A stretch of DNA of 64,000 nucleotides from Lepidodermella squamata (lineage: Eukaryota; Animalia; Gastrotricha), in the NCBI GenBank assembly GCA_047495785.1, contig JBLDXI010000033.1:1-64000 (forward strand), read 5' to 3'. A program made the position numbers and the translations under genes. The stretch's first letter is position 1, and each line of letters begins with the position of its first letter. The notes under the pieces were generated by a model. The model was not told where the DNA came from and made no database searches. It saw nothing but the letters and a program-made list of their open reading frames with translations. Below are positions 11,890 through 24,643 of this stretch, in pieces.

Positions 11890-13804
11890 CACAATAGATC
11901 AACAATGCAAGCTCGCGACTAAAGAGCAAACGACAAAAAGGCAATATAAATAAAATGCAAGGTCAATTGAAAAGACGTGAGGCAAATAAATTGTGAATTA
12001 TGCATTTAAAGCAACAGAATTACCCGTAATCGACTACGGAGAATCCGAATACGACATTCATTTTGTTAAAGCAATGATAATCCAATGATAATCACTTCAA
12101 CAAATTTCGCGCTCGAGCAGCTGCGTTACGGACTACGGAGAATCCGAATATGACATTTATTTCATTATCGAAATATGATAACCCATGATAACCCTTCAAA
12201 CCATTTTCGCCCTCCTTTTACCCACTTTCGCCGCGCCACTTGCGTATTTTCACCACGAGTTGCGTATCTTTCACCACCTAACAACTTACGACGCATCACT
12301 GTTGAGGTAAGAAACTTCGAACAAGCACTTCAAATTATGCGCCACATCGACCCATCGACATCGAGCTGCGTATCGCTGAGGACCATCTCATCATTGTTGT
12401 AAATTCAGTCATTCATGTACACTGATGATTGTTATACGTTATACGTATGTGTTCCTTGTGATATGAGTTCTTTGAGAACCTTGTGGAATATGTGTTAAAC
12501 GTGATTCACCACAAAAGATCCGCCTTGAAACACAGCTAACTTACACTGCCTTTTTGTGTCCATTGCCATAGAAGGTGCATTTTGCACATTAATCTATGGG
12601 TTTACCCGTAATCGACTACGGAGAATCCGAATATGACATCCATTTTATTATAAAGCAATCCTAACCCCATGATAATCCTTCCAATAATTTTCCAAAAATG
12701 TTCCGGCTCGCGCGGCTGCGCCGCACTCGCTGAAAGAGTTGCGTAACTTTAACCACCTTACAACTTAACGAATCCTCACCGATGAGGTAAGAAACTTGCA
12801 AGTGTGAATATGCACAGTTTCACATAGCAAAAACCAGCAAGTTGGACATGGCACCCCATTAAAAAACCAAATTAGCCAAATTAGCTGAACATGTTCTTTA
12901 CGAAGAAATGTTTCATATTTCGACGTTTTCGTCATCAACAATTTTTTATATTATTTAATTCAACCCTGCTTGATATTTTACAAACATTATTCGAAACTTC
13001 TAAGAAAGGTCCATAAAGTTTCACATTTCACAAAATGCATTTTTATTTTTCATTCATGCTACTACGAAGTACTAATGATAGCGCGGTACAATAACAAACA
13101 CGTTGACATATGATATCTCAACGAAGCCGTCATTCACCAGATCTGGATACGGAATCCTCGCCACTTAATTCAACGTTGATTAATATTTTGCAAACATTTT
13201 TCGAAACTTTTAAGTATCCCAGTAGGGTCCAAAAAGTTCAACATTTCCCTTGACAATACCCTCGGGAAGTAGCTGTAGCGCTGTGTTACCCCGATTAATT
13301 TTTACAACAACCTCTCGAAACTTCGAAACTTTAGCTCAAACCTTCTTGTTTTGTTCTTTTTGCGTTCTCGTCATCAGTGACATGGATTCTACCAATTCAT
13401 GTCATTCAATTGTTACCCTGATTGTTTTTTTACAACAAACTCTCGAAACTTCGAAACTTCAAAACATGGTCGTGGGTTCGAACCAGATCTCTCCTTTTTC
13501 TACTCATCAATTTGTTCTTCAACCTGCACGCATTCGTTGTTGGCGTTTTCGTCATCAGCTACATCGATTCTACCAATTCATGTCATTCAATTGTTAACTC
13601 GATTTTACAACATCTTCTCGAAATTTTATGAAAGCGAATAAATGTTCAACTACTCTTTAACGTGCATTCTTCTCTAAATATTTCCAAGCCATTCAAAAAT
13701 ACGTTGGACGGTTCCTGAGCGAACCCGAAATTACTACTTATCTATAAACACCTAATCCGGAGAACATTCAAATTTACAATTCAATTTCATGTTTCATCAA
13801 CATT

Positions 13805-14355
13805 GGGGTGAGGGGGAAGCACCGTCCCCTCCAACGACGTGGAGGGGATCTCGTAGGGGTGGTTCGAGTCCGTACCCATTACCCAGGAGAGTAGAGAAAA
13901 AGAAAGAAAAGGCTAGCGCAGCGTAAGCCTTGTCGAACTCTCCTGGATGGGGGCGCGATATGAGAGTTCCGAAGGAACGTAGTTCCTTACAAGTGTTTTA
14001 CACATACGCCGTAGATTACCACGAACGAAGTGAGATACCTTCCGAAAGGCACCCCCCGGGAACGAGTTGGTTAATAGGACATACTCAGATCAACTTACCC
14101 GATTTATGGTGGTATCCTGGACCCCTCAGGACCTCCCAGAAGTTTTTTCAGCTCAATCGGAGCTTCCGTTGATTTTCTAGAAATTAGGACGGTTTTTTCT
14201 TATTTTACCGTATTTTTTGGTCACGTGACCTGAAATGGGTAGTATATGAGGGGACAGTAGGAGGATATGATAGGTACACCAAAAAACAAACCACGCTGAC
14301 CAAAGCTTCCCAGCCAGCTGACAGGCTGGCCCCTCGCCCCTGGGGGAGAGGGGCC
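13805..14355 (+). other. Junction module, copy 2
   Basis: Same elements as copy 1, with a variant segment after GGGGGCGCG (13957). Confidence 0.85.
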
Positions 14356-16945
14356 CACAATAGATCAACAATGCAAGCTCGCGACTAAAGAGCAAACGAC
14401 AAAAAGGCAATATAAATAAAATGCAAGGTCAATTGAAAAGACGTGAGGCAAATAAATTGTGAATTATGCATTTAAAGCAACAGAATTACCCGTAATCGAC
14501 TACGGAGAATCCGAATACGACATTCATTTTGTTAAAGCAATGATAATCCAATGATAATCACTTCAACAAATTTCGCGCTCGAGCAGCTGCGTTACGGACT
14601 ACGGAGAATCCGAATATGACATTTATTTCATTATCGAAATATGATAACCCATGATAACCCTTCAAACCATTTTCGCCCTCCTTTTACCCACTTTCGCCGC
14701 GCCACTTGCGTATTTTCACCACGAGTTGCGTATCTTTCACCACCTAACAACTTACGACGCATCACTGTTGAGGTAAGAAACTTCGAACAAGCACTTCAAA
14801 TTATGCGCCACATCGACCCATCGACATCGAGCTGCGTATCGCTGAGGACCATCTCATCATTGTTGTAAATTCAGTCATTCATGTACACTGATGATTGTTA
14901 TACGTTATACGTATGTGTTCCTTGTGATATGAGTTCTTTGAGAACCTTGTGGAATATGTGTTAAACGTGATTCACCACAAAAGATCCGCCTTGAAACACA
15001 GCTAACTTACACTGCCTTTTTGTGTCCATTGCCATAGAAGGTGCATTTTGCACATTAATCTATGGGTTTACCCGTAATCGACTACGGAGAATCCGAATAT
15101 GACATCCATTTTATTATAAAGCAATCCTAACCCCATGATAATCCTTCCAATAATTTTCCAAAAATGTTCCGGCTCGCGCGGCTGCGCCGCACTCGCTGAA
15201 AGAGTTGCGTAACTTTAACCACCTTACAACTTAACGAATCCTCACCGATGAGGTAAGAAACTTGCAAGTGTGAATATGCACAGTTTCACATAGCAAAAAC
15301 CAGCAAGTTGGACATGGCACCCCATTAAAAAACCAAATTAGCCAAATTAGCTGAACATGTTCTTTACGAAGAAATGTTTCATATTTCGACGTTTTCGTCA
15401 TCAACAATTTTTTATATTATTTAATTCAACCCTGCTTGATATTTTACAAACATTATTCGAAACTTCTAAGAAAGGTCCATAAAGTTTCACATTTCACAAA
15501 ATGCATTTTTATTTTTCATTCATGCTACTACGAAGTACTAATGATAGCGCGGTACAATAACAAACACGTTGACATATGATATCTCAACGAAGCCGTCATT
15601 CACCAGATCTGGATACGGAATCCTCGCCACTTAATTCAACGTTGATTAATATTTTGCAAACATTTTTCGAAACTTTTAAGTATCCCAGTAGGGTCCAAAA
15701 AGTTCAACATTTCCCTTGACAATACCCTCGGGAAGTAGCTGTAGCGCCAGTTTTTTCGAGCTGTACGGCTCTGTGATGCATTACTCAAATTTCGAACTCG
15801 TAAATGGGAGGGAAACCAGATCCTTCACAACTTCACTGGTCTTCTTTTTATAACAAAATCATTCCATCCCATATCTTGCGTCACACGCCGCGTTCACACG
15901 CGCATGATTGAGGTTGGAGGTCTTCGACTTTAAAATGATAACCCTACCAGCAATCCGTGCTAACGATTACGTCAGCCGGGAAAGTTCATCTTTTTCGGAC
16001 CTTCATCAGCGGGAACGATTACGTCTCATAAAAAAACTAGTTGTTCCCTTCCACGGTCCCGTATATTTCGCGTTGCAGAGATTGTGGATGTTCCCCAGGC
16101 AAAATTGAACTTTAAAGTACAAGTTCCCAACTGCCGTATCGCGCGGAATAATTACTGCAAAGGTTTACCTGCCATTCTCGTTATCACTTCTAAATAACGT
16201 AAAACAGTCTCGTATCAATTTCGTTGATTTTCGATTTTCACTACATTTAAGGAAAATATATAGTTGGTGCTTGACGTACCGAAAAATGAGTGTGTAGTCT
16301 GATTCAATGTTAGGGTTCGTATTGTTCGCTTTTAGAGCGGCGTCCTTTTCAAGCTTCACTTTCCGCCCCGTTCACTTTCAAAGGAAGGTCGAGGGTTCGA
16401 ACCCAAGCTTTCGTTGAACTGCTCTCTAATGATTTCTGTCAACATGCTCTCGCTGTTGGCGATATTTGGTCATCGACTTCAATTCAACTTCAATTCAATC
16501 CTTGTCATTCAATTGTAACCTCAACAATTTGTTTTTCAAGAAATTACCGAAACTTCGGATAGTCGTTGGTTCGAACCCAAACCCTCGTTCAACTGCTCAG
16601 CAACGATTTCTTTCATCCGTATGCTCTCAATCTTGGCGTTAACGTCGTTACCGAAATCGATTTACCTTGTACATGTTATTCAATCGCACCCTGCTTGAAT
16701 TAGTATGCCAATTTTTTGAAAATTTAAAAGTTAAAAGGTCGAGGTTTCGAACCCAAGCTTTCGTTGAACTGCTTTGTGATGATTTCGTTCTCCTTCATGC
16801 AGCCAGAAGCTCTTGACGTCTAAATGCTCTCGTTTTCGGCGTCAACGTCATTACCGAGATCGATTCAGTTTGTACATTCAATCGCTCCCTCCTTCAATTT
16901 TTATAACAATCTCGTCATCAGTGACATGGATTCTACCAATTCATG

Positions 16946-17233
16946 AGCAGTAGGAATCGGCCGATCCTAGGCCAGCCACCTCAAAATAAAATTTTCATCT
17001 TTTATCATATTCTCCGCGGCAAATCTTCGGCTTTTCGCATAGCCCATGCGAAATGCAAAAATCATCACCAACGAGTCAAAATCACCGCCTAGGCATATCC
17101 AGCTCAAATTAAATTGAGTTTCACCGAACATCAGAATTTTCCGCTCTAAAAAATTTGAGAATAGCCTGAAAAGGGGTTGTTTTCAGAACACCACCTAGAA
17201 ATGAAATTTACTCCGGATAAGACGCCCTGCGCA
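16946..17233 (+). repeat. Polinton left terminal inverted repeat (~290 bp, imperfect)
   Basis: Reverse complement of 41091-41378 with scattered mismatches. Confidence 0.93.
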
Positions 17234-17711
17234 CTGTTTTTTCATTGCTAAAGGGTTACCCGTCAATCATGCGACGACGCCTGTGTAAATTTTGAATTTT
17301 CCGCCAAAGTAAAAAAGCATGCGGCAAATAATTATTAAATAAAAAAATAAAACATATCAATTTATTATTCCTAGTTAACATACATTCTGAAAATGAAGAA
17401 AATAACATAAACTTTTTTTTTATTCAAAGTGACCTTGACCGCAAGGTGCGTGGCGTGCACGGAACAGCCAAAACGAGTTTTTTCATGCTCTGGAACCTTC
17501 TTCCGGCGCTTTTAAACCGCTGCAGCTCCGCAGATCAGTATCATTCATGCGAATTACAACTTAACTCAATCGTTTCAGATAATGAATTTCGCGATTCTGT
17601 ATTTTTTATAATTTTATAATTTATAATTTATTAATTTATTTTAAATAATATTTTTGAATAAATTCATTTTTATTTATTTTTATTTATCTGTTTATTTTTA
17701 GATAAATTAAA

Positions 17712-18416
17712 ATGAATAATCTGGAAGACCTGGCCAATCAACTTGGAGCTAGTCATGCGAAATCTACTCTAAAAATTCTGGAGGAGATGGGCTTATCGGC
17801 AGCAGAACGACAGCCAATTGCTAAGGAGATAGATCGCATCAAGCCAAAGAAAGCAAAACTTATGAATAAAATTCAATACAATCAGCAATTAATTAAATCA
17901 ATCTTAGATAGGTGGCGACAAGATGAAAAAGTGAGTCTTTTTTTTTTATTTATGTTATGTCAACTGTTTTCTTAATATTTTTAGACTCCAAATCTTCACG
18001 CGCATAGAATTGGAGAATTATACAATCTTGTCATTTCTGCCGATACCGATATGCTTAGGAAAATGTTGGATTACTTAAAAACTTGCTTCTTACCCAGTAG
18101 TAATAGTGCAATTCTACAGACATATTATGATGACTTAAGCAATCTACTCAATCTTACTAAAGATACTGTTTTCTTTGTCTTGGAATATCATGTACTCGCT
18201 GTTAATTTAGAACAAGTCAAGGGAAAGGCTAAAGATATGGTAGCGAAGAAGTTAGCAAATGTGAACAATGTTATTGATAGTGCCATTCCTTCTATTATGA
18301 ATCCTTTTAGTCTACCTTCTCTTCAATCTAGCAATCATCCTGGATCTGATGTTGCCAACTCTTCGCTTGAAATTGATGAGATTTGTGACCAGTTGAAGGG
18401 AATAGCATCTGAATGA
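17712..18416 (+). CDS. Polinton cargo gene 1, 2 exons (17712-17930, 17985-18416), ~216 aa, unknown function
   Basis: Phase-0 intron GTGAGT...TTTAG joins two ORFs in frame; AATAAA at 18475. Confidence 0.7.
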
Positions 18417-18510
18417 GTGTTCAATCTATTTCTGAAAATTATGTTATGAACAATTATTTTGAAAAACCAAGTTCAATAAATCTGCAATTACAATCTTTCT
18501 ATATTTTTAG

Positions 18511-19433
18511 ATGAATGTTAGCAAAATATTTACTGATGCTATTGGGCGTGGGCGAAAGAAAACCAGAAATTCTCTGAAGCTCCGAATCGCGAAGAAATTC
18601 CATGCTGGCATCATGGCCCATAATAAGGATCTCAATGAAGTTCTGGCCTTCGTTGAAAAAGTCCGTCAATCGAAGCCTAATGAGCCAATGAAGCGCGTCA
18701 TCGACTTGGCTAAGAAACTTCCTGACGTTTCTTTGATTGAACCAGTTGAAACTAAGCGTCCGACGAAACCGAAGAAAAAACGTGCTGGCGAAGAGGCTGA
18801 ATATCAAGTCGTCGGCGACAACAGCGATGATGAATCTGGTATAGATGAAACAAGAGATGACGATGACGTAGCTTCTAATCATACGGCCTCCACTGAAGCT
18901 AGTAACGATGTTATTAAGGTACTGTATTAATTATTAATTGCTCGGAATTAAAACGATTCTGTCTTTAGATTTACGGCGCCGAATATGATATTAGCAGCAA
19001 CGACAAAATTTGTGATATGTTTGTTAAATTGTATAATGCTAGTTATGATGGTATTGCGAACTTAACTTCTATCACTGATTCCCGTTCTGTAGAATCGATT
19101 GTAGAGTTTGTAAAAGAAAAGCAAAAATCGTTCAATAAGATTAAAGGCCTACAATTGTTATGTTCTTACTATACTGCCGAAGCCGTCGATAAACTTTATG
19201 GAATGTTTGAAGATAAGAAAGAATTCTATAAACTTGTTTCTGTACAATTCAACTTCGGTAAAACATGGATATCTTATCTCTTAAAACTATTCAAATATTA
19301 TAGATCATATCCAAAGCTTATGAATTGTGCCATCCCGCTTAAACAAATGCTCTACTTAGCTGAAAATACTTCTATTCTAACATTCTTAGCTGGTAATAAA
19401 GCATTTTATGAGACATTAGGATCCAGAGTGTGA
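18511..19433 (+). CDS. Polinton cargo gene 2, 2 exons (18511-18918, 18969-19433), ~290 aa; basic NLS-like and acidic tracts, helical C-terminal domain
   Basis: Phase-0 intron GTACTG...TTTAG joins two ORFs in frame; KRPTKPKKKR followed by a D/E-rich tract. Confidence 0.72.
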
Positions 19434-19459
19434 TTACTTAAGCGTATCTCGTAAACTTG

Positions 19460-19774
19460 AAATCTTATGAATTATAAAATCTCATATTATGTGATCATTA
19501 TTATCATGGTATGTTACAGATTTGCGTTGTTCACCCAGGTGAACGTGAAATTCTGTTACAATCCTTTCATCGTTAAATCTTATGAATTATAAAATCTCGT
19601 ATTATGTGTTCATTATTATCATGGTATGTTACAGATTTGCGTTGTTCACCCAGGTGAACGTGAAATTCTGTTACAATCCTATCATCGTTAAATCTTATGA
19701 ATTATAAAATCTCGTATTATGTGTTCATTATTATCATGGTATGTTACAGATTTGCGTTGTTCACCCAGGTGAAC
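19460..19774. repeat. 115-bp tandem repeat x~2.7 between convergent genes
   Basis: Units start at 19460, 19575, 19690; each contains the quasi-palindrome GTTCACC-CA-GGTGAAC. Confidence 0.92.
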
Positions 19775-19903
19775 AGTGTGCTATTAATTGAATCAGTCGA
19801 GCTTGATTGAATGATCAAAATTATGATTAATGCCTAATAAAATTAATAAGGAATAAGTAATAAGTACCGGTGTTTTTATCTGTAGTAATAGCAGCTTTAC
19901 ACA

Positions 19904-22900
19904 TCACACTGATACATTGCGTATAAATGAGTGTCCATGCGCATATGTGCTCACGCCGTCGCTGCGTACCCATCTTTTATCATCATATGGACATAGCGCT
20001 ACTTTAGTACTTTGAATAGTTACCAGCTTATGATTAAACGATCGAATTTGATTGAACGTAGCTTTAGTCACTACATGCTTCAATACGCAATCTTTATAGT
20101 TTTCAAATTGTATCTGCTTTTTCACACAATGTTTGACAACTCCTTTAGCTTTCTTTACTGATGTCTGTTTATAGAGCCCAGAGTTATCTCCAGCACTCGA
20201 AATTACTGTAGATTTAAAGCTATATGATTTGGATCTCAAGCCAACGAATTCAGTAATGGTTGAAAGGGTAATACCTCCCGCGCATTCATCTTTGAACTTA
20301 CCAATAACTTTCTTGTTCATGTTTGAATGCAATGCGTGATCTTTAGGGTAATCACTGAAGTCCATCAGTTCTTTGAGACTTTCCATGTCCTTATATATAT
20401 CTGCTGTTTCTACATGATAACACAGTGAATCAGTATCAGTGAATAAGAGCTTCGCTTTATCGCCATAACTATTCTTTATCACGTTGTAATGAAAATCATA
20501 CATTAGAGTTTTCGATAATTCTAAAACGCTGAAACCGACAATAATCGGACGATCAAATTTAATTGATGTTTTTGCCATATTTACGCTGCATAAATCTTCG
20601 GCAATCACTTTGGCATCTTTGAAATTTGGCTTGTTTATCAATTTTTGTAATTTCGTGGATTGAGTCACAAGTCTAACGTCAACTCTTTTTCTTAGATTCT
20701 CCATAGTTTTTCCGAATACGGCATTATTCATTAATTTGAAGAAGTCTTTTTCAAAGTCATTTTTAGCTTCACTTCTTTTCTTAGTATTAAATTCAATATA
20801 CGGTGCCAGCCATTTGGACTGCTCAAAGATCAACACTTTATGCACTTTTTTCAAAACCAAACCCATTTTCAATGCCTGCTTCAGGTTTCTGTAATGAATA
20901 ATATAGCGAGTCTTGTCATATAGATTTTGAGTCAGCTTTTTCATGACTGGCGGTTTCGGCAGCTTCAATTCTTGGATAACATTTTGCATGAAAGGGCTAG
21001 GGTTGCAACTTGTCTGCTCAGGGCAGAATGGATAGTCATTATGCGCATCGTGCAGCGTTGCAGGATATTCTAAATCTACCATAAACATATATCCAGTGTT
21101 ATCATCATCTCCTAAATTCATTATAAATTCGGTGGTATATTTATCCAAGTTATTTTCCCATTGATATCGTCCCAATGGTAATACTTGTGACATGGCATAG
21201 CCGTAAAGATTATTAGCATCCAGGTATATTATATATGAATCAGGCTTCGCCGGATCGTATTCTAACATGTATTTGTTGTTTGCTCCTGCATATCTATGAG
21301 TAATTACGCTGACACCGCCTCGAATTCCCTCCTCTACAAATGTTAGCATTTCTTCGTTATCTAATAGTTCGATTTGAACTCCGGTTTTCTTCAACATGGC
21401 ATCCCAGGACAAGCTTGGTGCCGTTAAATAATGAGCAGGATCCAAAGTATAATACTTCATACATGTTTCCCTGAAACTTTCGAAACAATCAGCTAAAAGT
21501 AACACATCAGTTTTCAAATAAAGGTTATGATAGTCTTTCAGTTTTCGACAGCCAAATTCATTATATACACGTTTAGCGTGTTCATAATCTTCTCGTGATA
21601 TTGGTACCCGCTCTAATTTCTCATCTATTGAACTTGAGTGAAGGCTGCTAGAAAAATGTTCAATATCTGGTAGCGAAGGCTCCTCCAATTTTTCAGGGCC
21701 ATCCATATATTCATAGGGATAAAATCCCTTCTGTTTTATCAGATCTAATTGCAGGTCTGTCAACCTCGAAAATTGACTCTTTAAATGAGGAAACGCTCCG
21801 TTTGATTTTTTCAAATTTTGTACCAAATCAGCCAAACTTATTGACATGAAATTAAGACTATCCATGAACCTTAATTTTCCAACGTTGAAGGAAATGAATT
21901 TCTCTGAGCTATTCGCAATCGCTCCTATCTGTAGCAGAGGTTTCTTGCTACGATTTTTCTGATCCTTTGGTAATTTATCCCTTTCTTTTATTCTTTCCTC
22001 ATTTATTTCCTCTATCACTTTTCCAGCTGCCTGTAAAATCAAATGTGCATCATAACCTTTCAAATTATGAAATACAACTGGTATATTGATATTTCTATAG
22101 CTATATTTCAAGTTACATAAACTATGAGCTGCACCTCTGTAATAACCTGTCAGATGATCATGATCTCGCACTTTTTTCAATTTCTCTGAATCATTGACAA
22201 TGACGCCTTTGCAAATATGACACTGTGATGCCTTATTGTATTCCATTTCTTGTTGCCTTGTCAATTGCATCGCCTTGTTGGTATTTCTCAGATATGTACT
22301 CAAAAAAGATTCGGTTTTTATCAAATATCTCAGAAATTTCTCAGTGCATTCCTCGCCCTCAAATTTTACATACCGTGAGGTGATGCTATCCACATCACTT
22401 GCAAGGTAAGCACCAAAAGAGTTCGCTACATGTTTCTGAAAAATATTCGAGTTTTCTCCCTTTTTCTCATCTGTTTTAACCAGGAAACTCTCTGCGTCGC
22501 AATAAAATACAAATGGTATTTTTAGTTGTTTGCCATAATTTTTAAACATAACCGATTCGCCCTTGGGCATTTCAACTTTAACTTTCCCATTTTTCTCATT
22601 GCACTTCTGTCTATCAATATGTTGTTGCTTTGACTCAGCGCTATTAAAACCTTGAAAACATTTGAAACACCAGAATCGCTTATGCTCATGCTTGTTCACT
22701 CGTGATAAAAGTGCACTTGGATTTTTAATCCAGCAGTAATGTGCTTGCTTATTTTCAACAATTCTGAGCAGATTAACTTCTTCTCGAAATTTTTTATCTG
22801 ATACGTAAAACGGGAAGAGGACCTCCTTATCAATTTTCCCACATTCAATAATGTTGATTCGTATTTTATTCATATCTTCCAATTTCGATATATCTTTAAT

Positions 22901-24145
22901 GGTAACTGGGAATTTTACGCCTTCAATTTTTATCGTACTTTCATATTTAACATACTTCGAAACTCGGTAAGCATGATCATCAAATCGATGTCGTGAAGCG
23001 AGAATGCTCCATATTATGCATTTATTATCTTTGTTCTGGACATTAATGACAGCTTTTTTATTAGCGATCCATTTGGGTGTCTCAATATATGAGCCAGCTG
23101 CCAGCGGCGTATACGTAAATGTACATACGCTTGTATTTCCAATACCTAACAAAGTCCCACCAGTATCTCGCTGATGGTATTCTTGAATACTCGACCCCAT
23201 TTGTGTGAACATATTTTCTACAACACCAGGGATATCTTCGCAACTAATTATTGTTGGGGCTCTCTCATTTGATGAACTCCATTTATAAGTTGGTGTCGCG
23301 TTATTTTCTTGATAATATAAGGCTGTTATCAACACAGCTTTTACAGGGCCGCGTTCAGTGAATTGTTTCCAATATTCGTTTATTACTTTAGGTTTAATTT
23401 TCCTTGCATATTCGAAAAAATCTATTTCATATGTGTTTGTTGGCTCTAAGTCAGTGCGAGAAAGAATATTTCTGAAATGTCCGAAATTATCAACATTTAC
23501 TATATGAAAGTAATCATCCTTTTCTAAGCTGTTAGTACCTTTAACGTATTTATATCCATCCGCAATGAGCTGATGAAACTTATTGCCATCAATTTTGATC
23601 TTATTCATTGTTTTTGGGTTGACAACAAACCCAATCTTTTCCTGTCTTTTAAACATTTTATTTGAATTATCTTTAATAGCATAGCCCTGTCTTCGCAAGC
23701 TTTCATATCTTTCTCCACCTATCAGTATAGGCTCACCATTTATCGGGTCAAATACATATCCTTCTCTTATCTTATTTTTATATTTGATTAATATGTTATT
23801 TTCAGAATCGTAAGCATGTGTATTTCTAACCATTTTTACAAATTCTCTTGATCCGACTTCAATTTTTCCGCCATTTAAAAATGCTATTTTTTTTAGTTGG
23901 TTTCTATATTTTTCATATTTATAATTACGTTCTATCAATTGATTAAATATTTCCCCATTAACAGGGATTAAACTTCCGTCTTCAGGATTAACAACATGAT
24001 GAATATACGGCTGACCATTTTTAAGCCATTTTTTACCAATTTCATCATATGTAAAACCCTCTTTAATGTACTTTCTGAAGGCTTTTCCACCCATTTTCAT
24101 ATCAAAACCCTTTGGACTCTGTATGCACGAATTTTCTTGACTCAT
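19904..24145 (-). CDS. polB: Protein-primed family B DNA polymerase (pPolB), 1413 aa
   Basis: Exonuclease FYCDAES, FHNLKGYDAH, YLKTDVLLLAD; polymerase YLDANNLYG, KLMNNAVFGK, FTDTDS; endonuclease-VII-like CHIC..DHDHLTG..RG.AH..CN insert. Confidence 0.97.
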   Translation of the reverse strand: MSQENSCIQSPKGFDMKMGGKAFRKYIKEGFTYDEIGKKWLKNGQPYIHHVVNPEDGSLIPVNGEIFNQLIERNYKYEKYRNQLKKIAFLNGGKIEVGSREFVKMVRNTHAYDSENNILIKYKNKIREGYVFDPINGEPILIGGERYESLRRQGYAIKDNSNKMFKRQEKIGFVVNPKTMNKIKIDGNKFHQLIADGYKYVKGTNSLEKDDYFHIVNVDNFGHFRNILSRTDLEPTNTYEIDFFEYARKIKPKVINEYWKQFTERGPVKAVLITALYYQENNATPTYKWSSSNERAPTIISCEDIPGVVENMFTQMGSSIQEYHQRDTGGTLLGIGNTSVCTFTYTPLAAGSYIETPKWIANKKAVINVQNKDNKCIIWSILASRHRFDDHAYRVSKYVKYESTIKIEGVKFPVTIKDISKLEDMNKIRINIIECGKIDKEVLFPFYVSDKKFREEVNLLRIVENKQAHYCWIKNPSALLSRVNKHEHKRFWCFKCFQGFNSAESKQQHIDRQKCNEKNGKVKVEMPKGESVMFKNYGKQLKIPFVFYCDAESFLVKTDEKKGENSNIFQKHVANSFGAYLASDVDSITSRYVKFEGEECTEKFLRYLIKTESFLSTYLRNTNKAMQLTRQQEMEYNKASQCHICKGVIVNDSEKLKKVRDHDHLTGYYRGAAHSLCNLKYSYRNINIPVVFHNLKGYDAHLILQAAGKVIEEINEERIKERDKLPKDQKNRSKKPLLQIGAIANSSEKFISFNVGKLRFMDSLNFMSISLADLVQNLKKSNGAFPHLKSQFSRLTDLQLDLIKQKGFYPYEYMDGPEKLEEPSLPDIEHFSSSLHSSSIDEKLERVPISREDYEHAKRVYNEFGCRKLKDYHNLYLKTDVLLLADCFESFRETCMKYYTLDPAHYLTAPSLSWDAMLKKTGVQIELLDNEEMLTFVEEGIRGGVSVITHRYAGANNKYMLEYDPAKPDSYIIYLDANNLYGYAMSQVLPLGRYQWENNLDKYTTEFIMNLGDDDNTGYMFMVDLEYPATLHDAHNDYPFCPEQTSCNPSPFMQNVIQELKLPKPPVMKKLTQNLYDKTRYIIHYRNLKQALKMGLVLKKVHKVLIFEQSKWLAPYIEFNTKKRSEAKNDFEKDFFKLMNNAVFGKTMENLRKRVDVRLVTQSTKLQKLINKPNFKDAKVIAEDLCSVNMAKTSIKFDRPIIVGFSVLELSKTLMYDFHYNVIKNSYGDKAKLLFTDTDSLCYHVETADIYKDMESLKELMDFSDYPKDHALHSNMNKKVIGKFKDECAGGITLSTITEFVGLRSKSYSFKSTVISSAGDNSGLYKQTSVKKAKGVVKHCVKKQIQFENYKDCVLKHVVTKATFNQIRSFNHKLVTIQSTKVALCPYDDKRWVRSDGVSTYAHGHSFIRNVSV

Positions 24146-24148
24146 TCT

Positions 24149-24261
24149 TATATATATTATATTAAGAAAATAATTCCTTATATAGAAATTTCAATTTTTT
24201 TCTTTTTCCATATTCTTTTTGGAAATGCTTAAAGAATTATTTTCTTGATATAATATATATA
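24149..24261. promoter_or_regulatory. Divergent promoter pair (inverted ~30-bp duplicate ending in TATATATA) for polB and the AT-hook ORF
   Basis: GAATTATTTTCTTRATATAATATATATA occurs on the minus strand at ~24149-24176 and on the plus strand at ~24234-24261, each just upstream of an ATG. Confidence 0.65.
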
Positions 24262-24271
24262 GAAATTCACT

Positions 24272-24523
24272 ATGACAACAATTAATAAGCAACCCAGAGG
24301 TAGACCTAAAAAATACCTGACAGAAGAAGAAAAATTATTAGCATATAAAGAGGTTCATAAAAACAGCTGTAAGAAGTACTGGCGTGAAACGTTTCACATG
24401 GCGCAATTGAACGATACGATTCTTAATACGACAGATAAGCTGTTGGTTATTTCAGAAAAGCAATTGGAGGAACTTGTCAGTAACATCATCGCGAATAAAT
24501 TGAAAAATATTTTCTTGACTTGA
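24272..24523 (+). CDS. Small AT-hook DNA-binding protein, 83 aa
   Basis: PRGRPKKY AT-hook motif followed by a helical segment. Confidence 0.7.
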   Translation: MTTINKQPRGRPKKYLTEEEKLLAYKEVHKNSCKKYWRETFHMAQLNDTILNTTDKLLVISEKQLEELVSNIIANKLKNIFLT

Positions 24524-24643
24524 TATATAGATGTGAAATATAAATATTACTTAACGCATTGAAGCCAGTTTGAACTCATTCTTATATATCCACCCTTTTC
24601 CCATTTTGACTCAGTAGGGAGTAATTCATAAATGCATCACTCT

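Larger units (their letters stand above)
10251..16945. repeat. Left part of the array of non-autonomous Helitron-like units: satellite monomers (~125, ~150, ~175 bp), junction modules, 2466-bp tandem duplication
   Basis: Recurrent CATCGATTCTACCAATTCATGTCATTCAATTGTTACC and GGGTTCGAACCC motifs. ~11.65-13.28 kb is repeated at +2466, and 10251-11488 is repeated at 47316-48553. Confidence 0.9.

Noticed and set aside
10454-16359. Many 60-115 aa ORFs in the satellite and junction modules (also 41.2-48.8 kb)
   Set aside because: They occur in several frames of the same repeat, have no domain motifs and are broken by indels between copies; they are by-products of the repeat.
10251-16945. CRISPR-like array suggested by regularly spaced palindromic motifs
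   Set aside because: Sequences between motifs are homologous rather than unique spacers, there are no cas genes, and the context is eukaryotic.
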